Shown piece by piece: positions 63,860-64,000 of a stretch of 64,000 bases of DNA. Source of the DNA: Nitrospirales bacterium (GTDB lineage Bacteria > Nitrospirota > Nitrospiria > Nitrospirales > UBA8639); the NCBI GenBank assembly GCA_965203295.1, contig CBDBCZ010000017.1:544001-608000 (forward strand), written 5' to 3'. The notes below the pieces were generated by a model, which saw only the letters and a list, made by a program, of their open reading frames with translations, ran no database searches and was not told the origin of the DNA. How positions within the stretch are numbered: position 1 is the first letter of the stretch; the number at the start of each line of letters is the position of its first letter. Position numbers and translations under genes: made by a program.

Positions 63860-64000
63860 TCATGCGTAAGTTTTCTGCAGTTCGGGGTAGAGGTCCACAC
63901 CGGCCTCCAGAGGAGCCCCCAGCACTGCAGCCTGGGGGTGGACTGCTGTGTCCTCCGCTGACCAGCGCAGCAGATCAGTCTCGGGCTCTGAGAGTGCCTC
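63860..64000 (-). CDS. Terminal exon (partial) of a third related RTK continuing beyond the window
   Basis: [46 protein letters not shown], almost identical in nucleotide sequence to 49408-49530. Confidence 0.85.
   Translation of the reverse strand, partial: EALSEPETDLLRWSAEDTAVHPQAAVLGAPLEAGVDLYPELQKTYA

Overview
Intron-rich animal genomic DNA, most consistent with a sponge (inferred from the receptor types, not proven). I assembled seven spliced genes by hand from GT-AG junctions, plus the 3' end of an eighth. (1-2) Two tandem WSCD-family sulfotransferases lacking the WSC domain (+). (3) A Frizzled-CRD receptor tyrosine kinase with a MET/TAM-like kinase (-). (4) An AEBP2/jing PRC2 zinc-finger gene (-) whose introns are inflated by minisatellites, one of them grown out of its own splice donor. 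(5-8) A receptor cluster at 38.6-64 kb. Three of these genes share a ~175-aa, single-exon ectodomain that I cannot assign to a named family ('domain X'): a kinase-less receptor with a tyrosine-motif tail, a near-identical paralog carrying an Eph-like kinase, and a convergent RTK with 2x domain X plus 10 Sushi/CCP exons. The window ends in the last exon of a third related kinase gene. The best candidate for an undescribed system is this apparent paired (kinase / kinase-less) receptor family, with shuffled ectodomains and a homogenised terminal exon. Introns also hold many non-autonomous DNA elements (AcademH-, Kolobok-, piggyBac-, CACTA-, Tc1/pogo- and Helentron-like), a tRNA-Thr-derived repeat, a retrotransposon fragment and a KDZ-transposase fragment. 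Family assignments come from motif recall; no database search was run.
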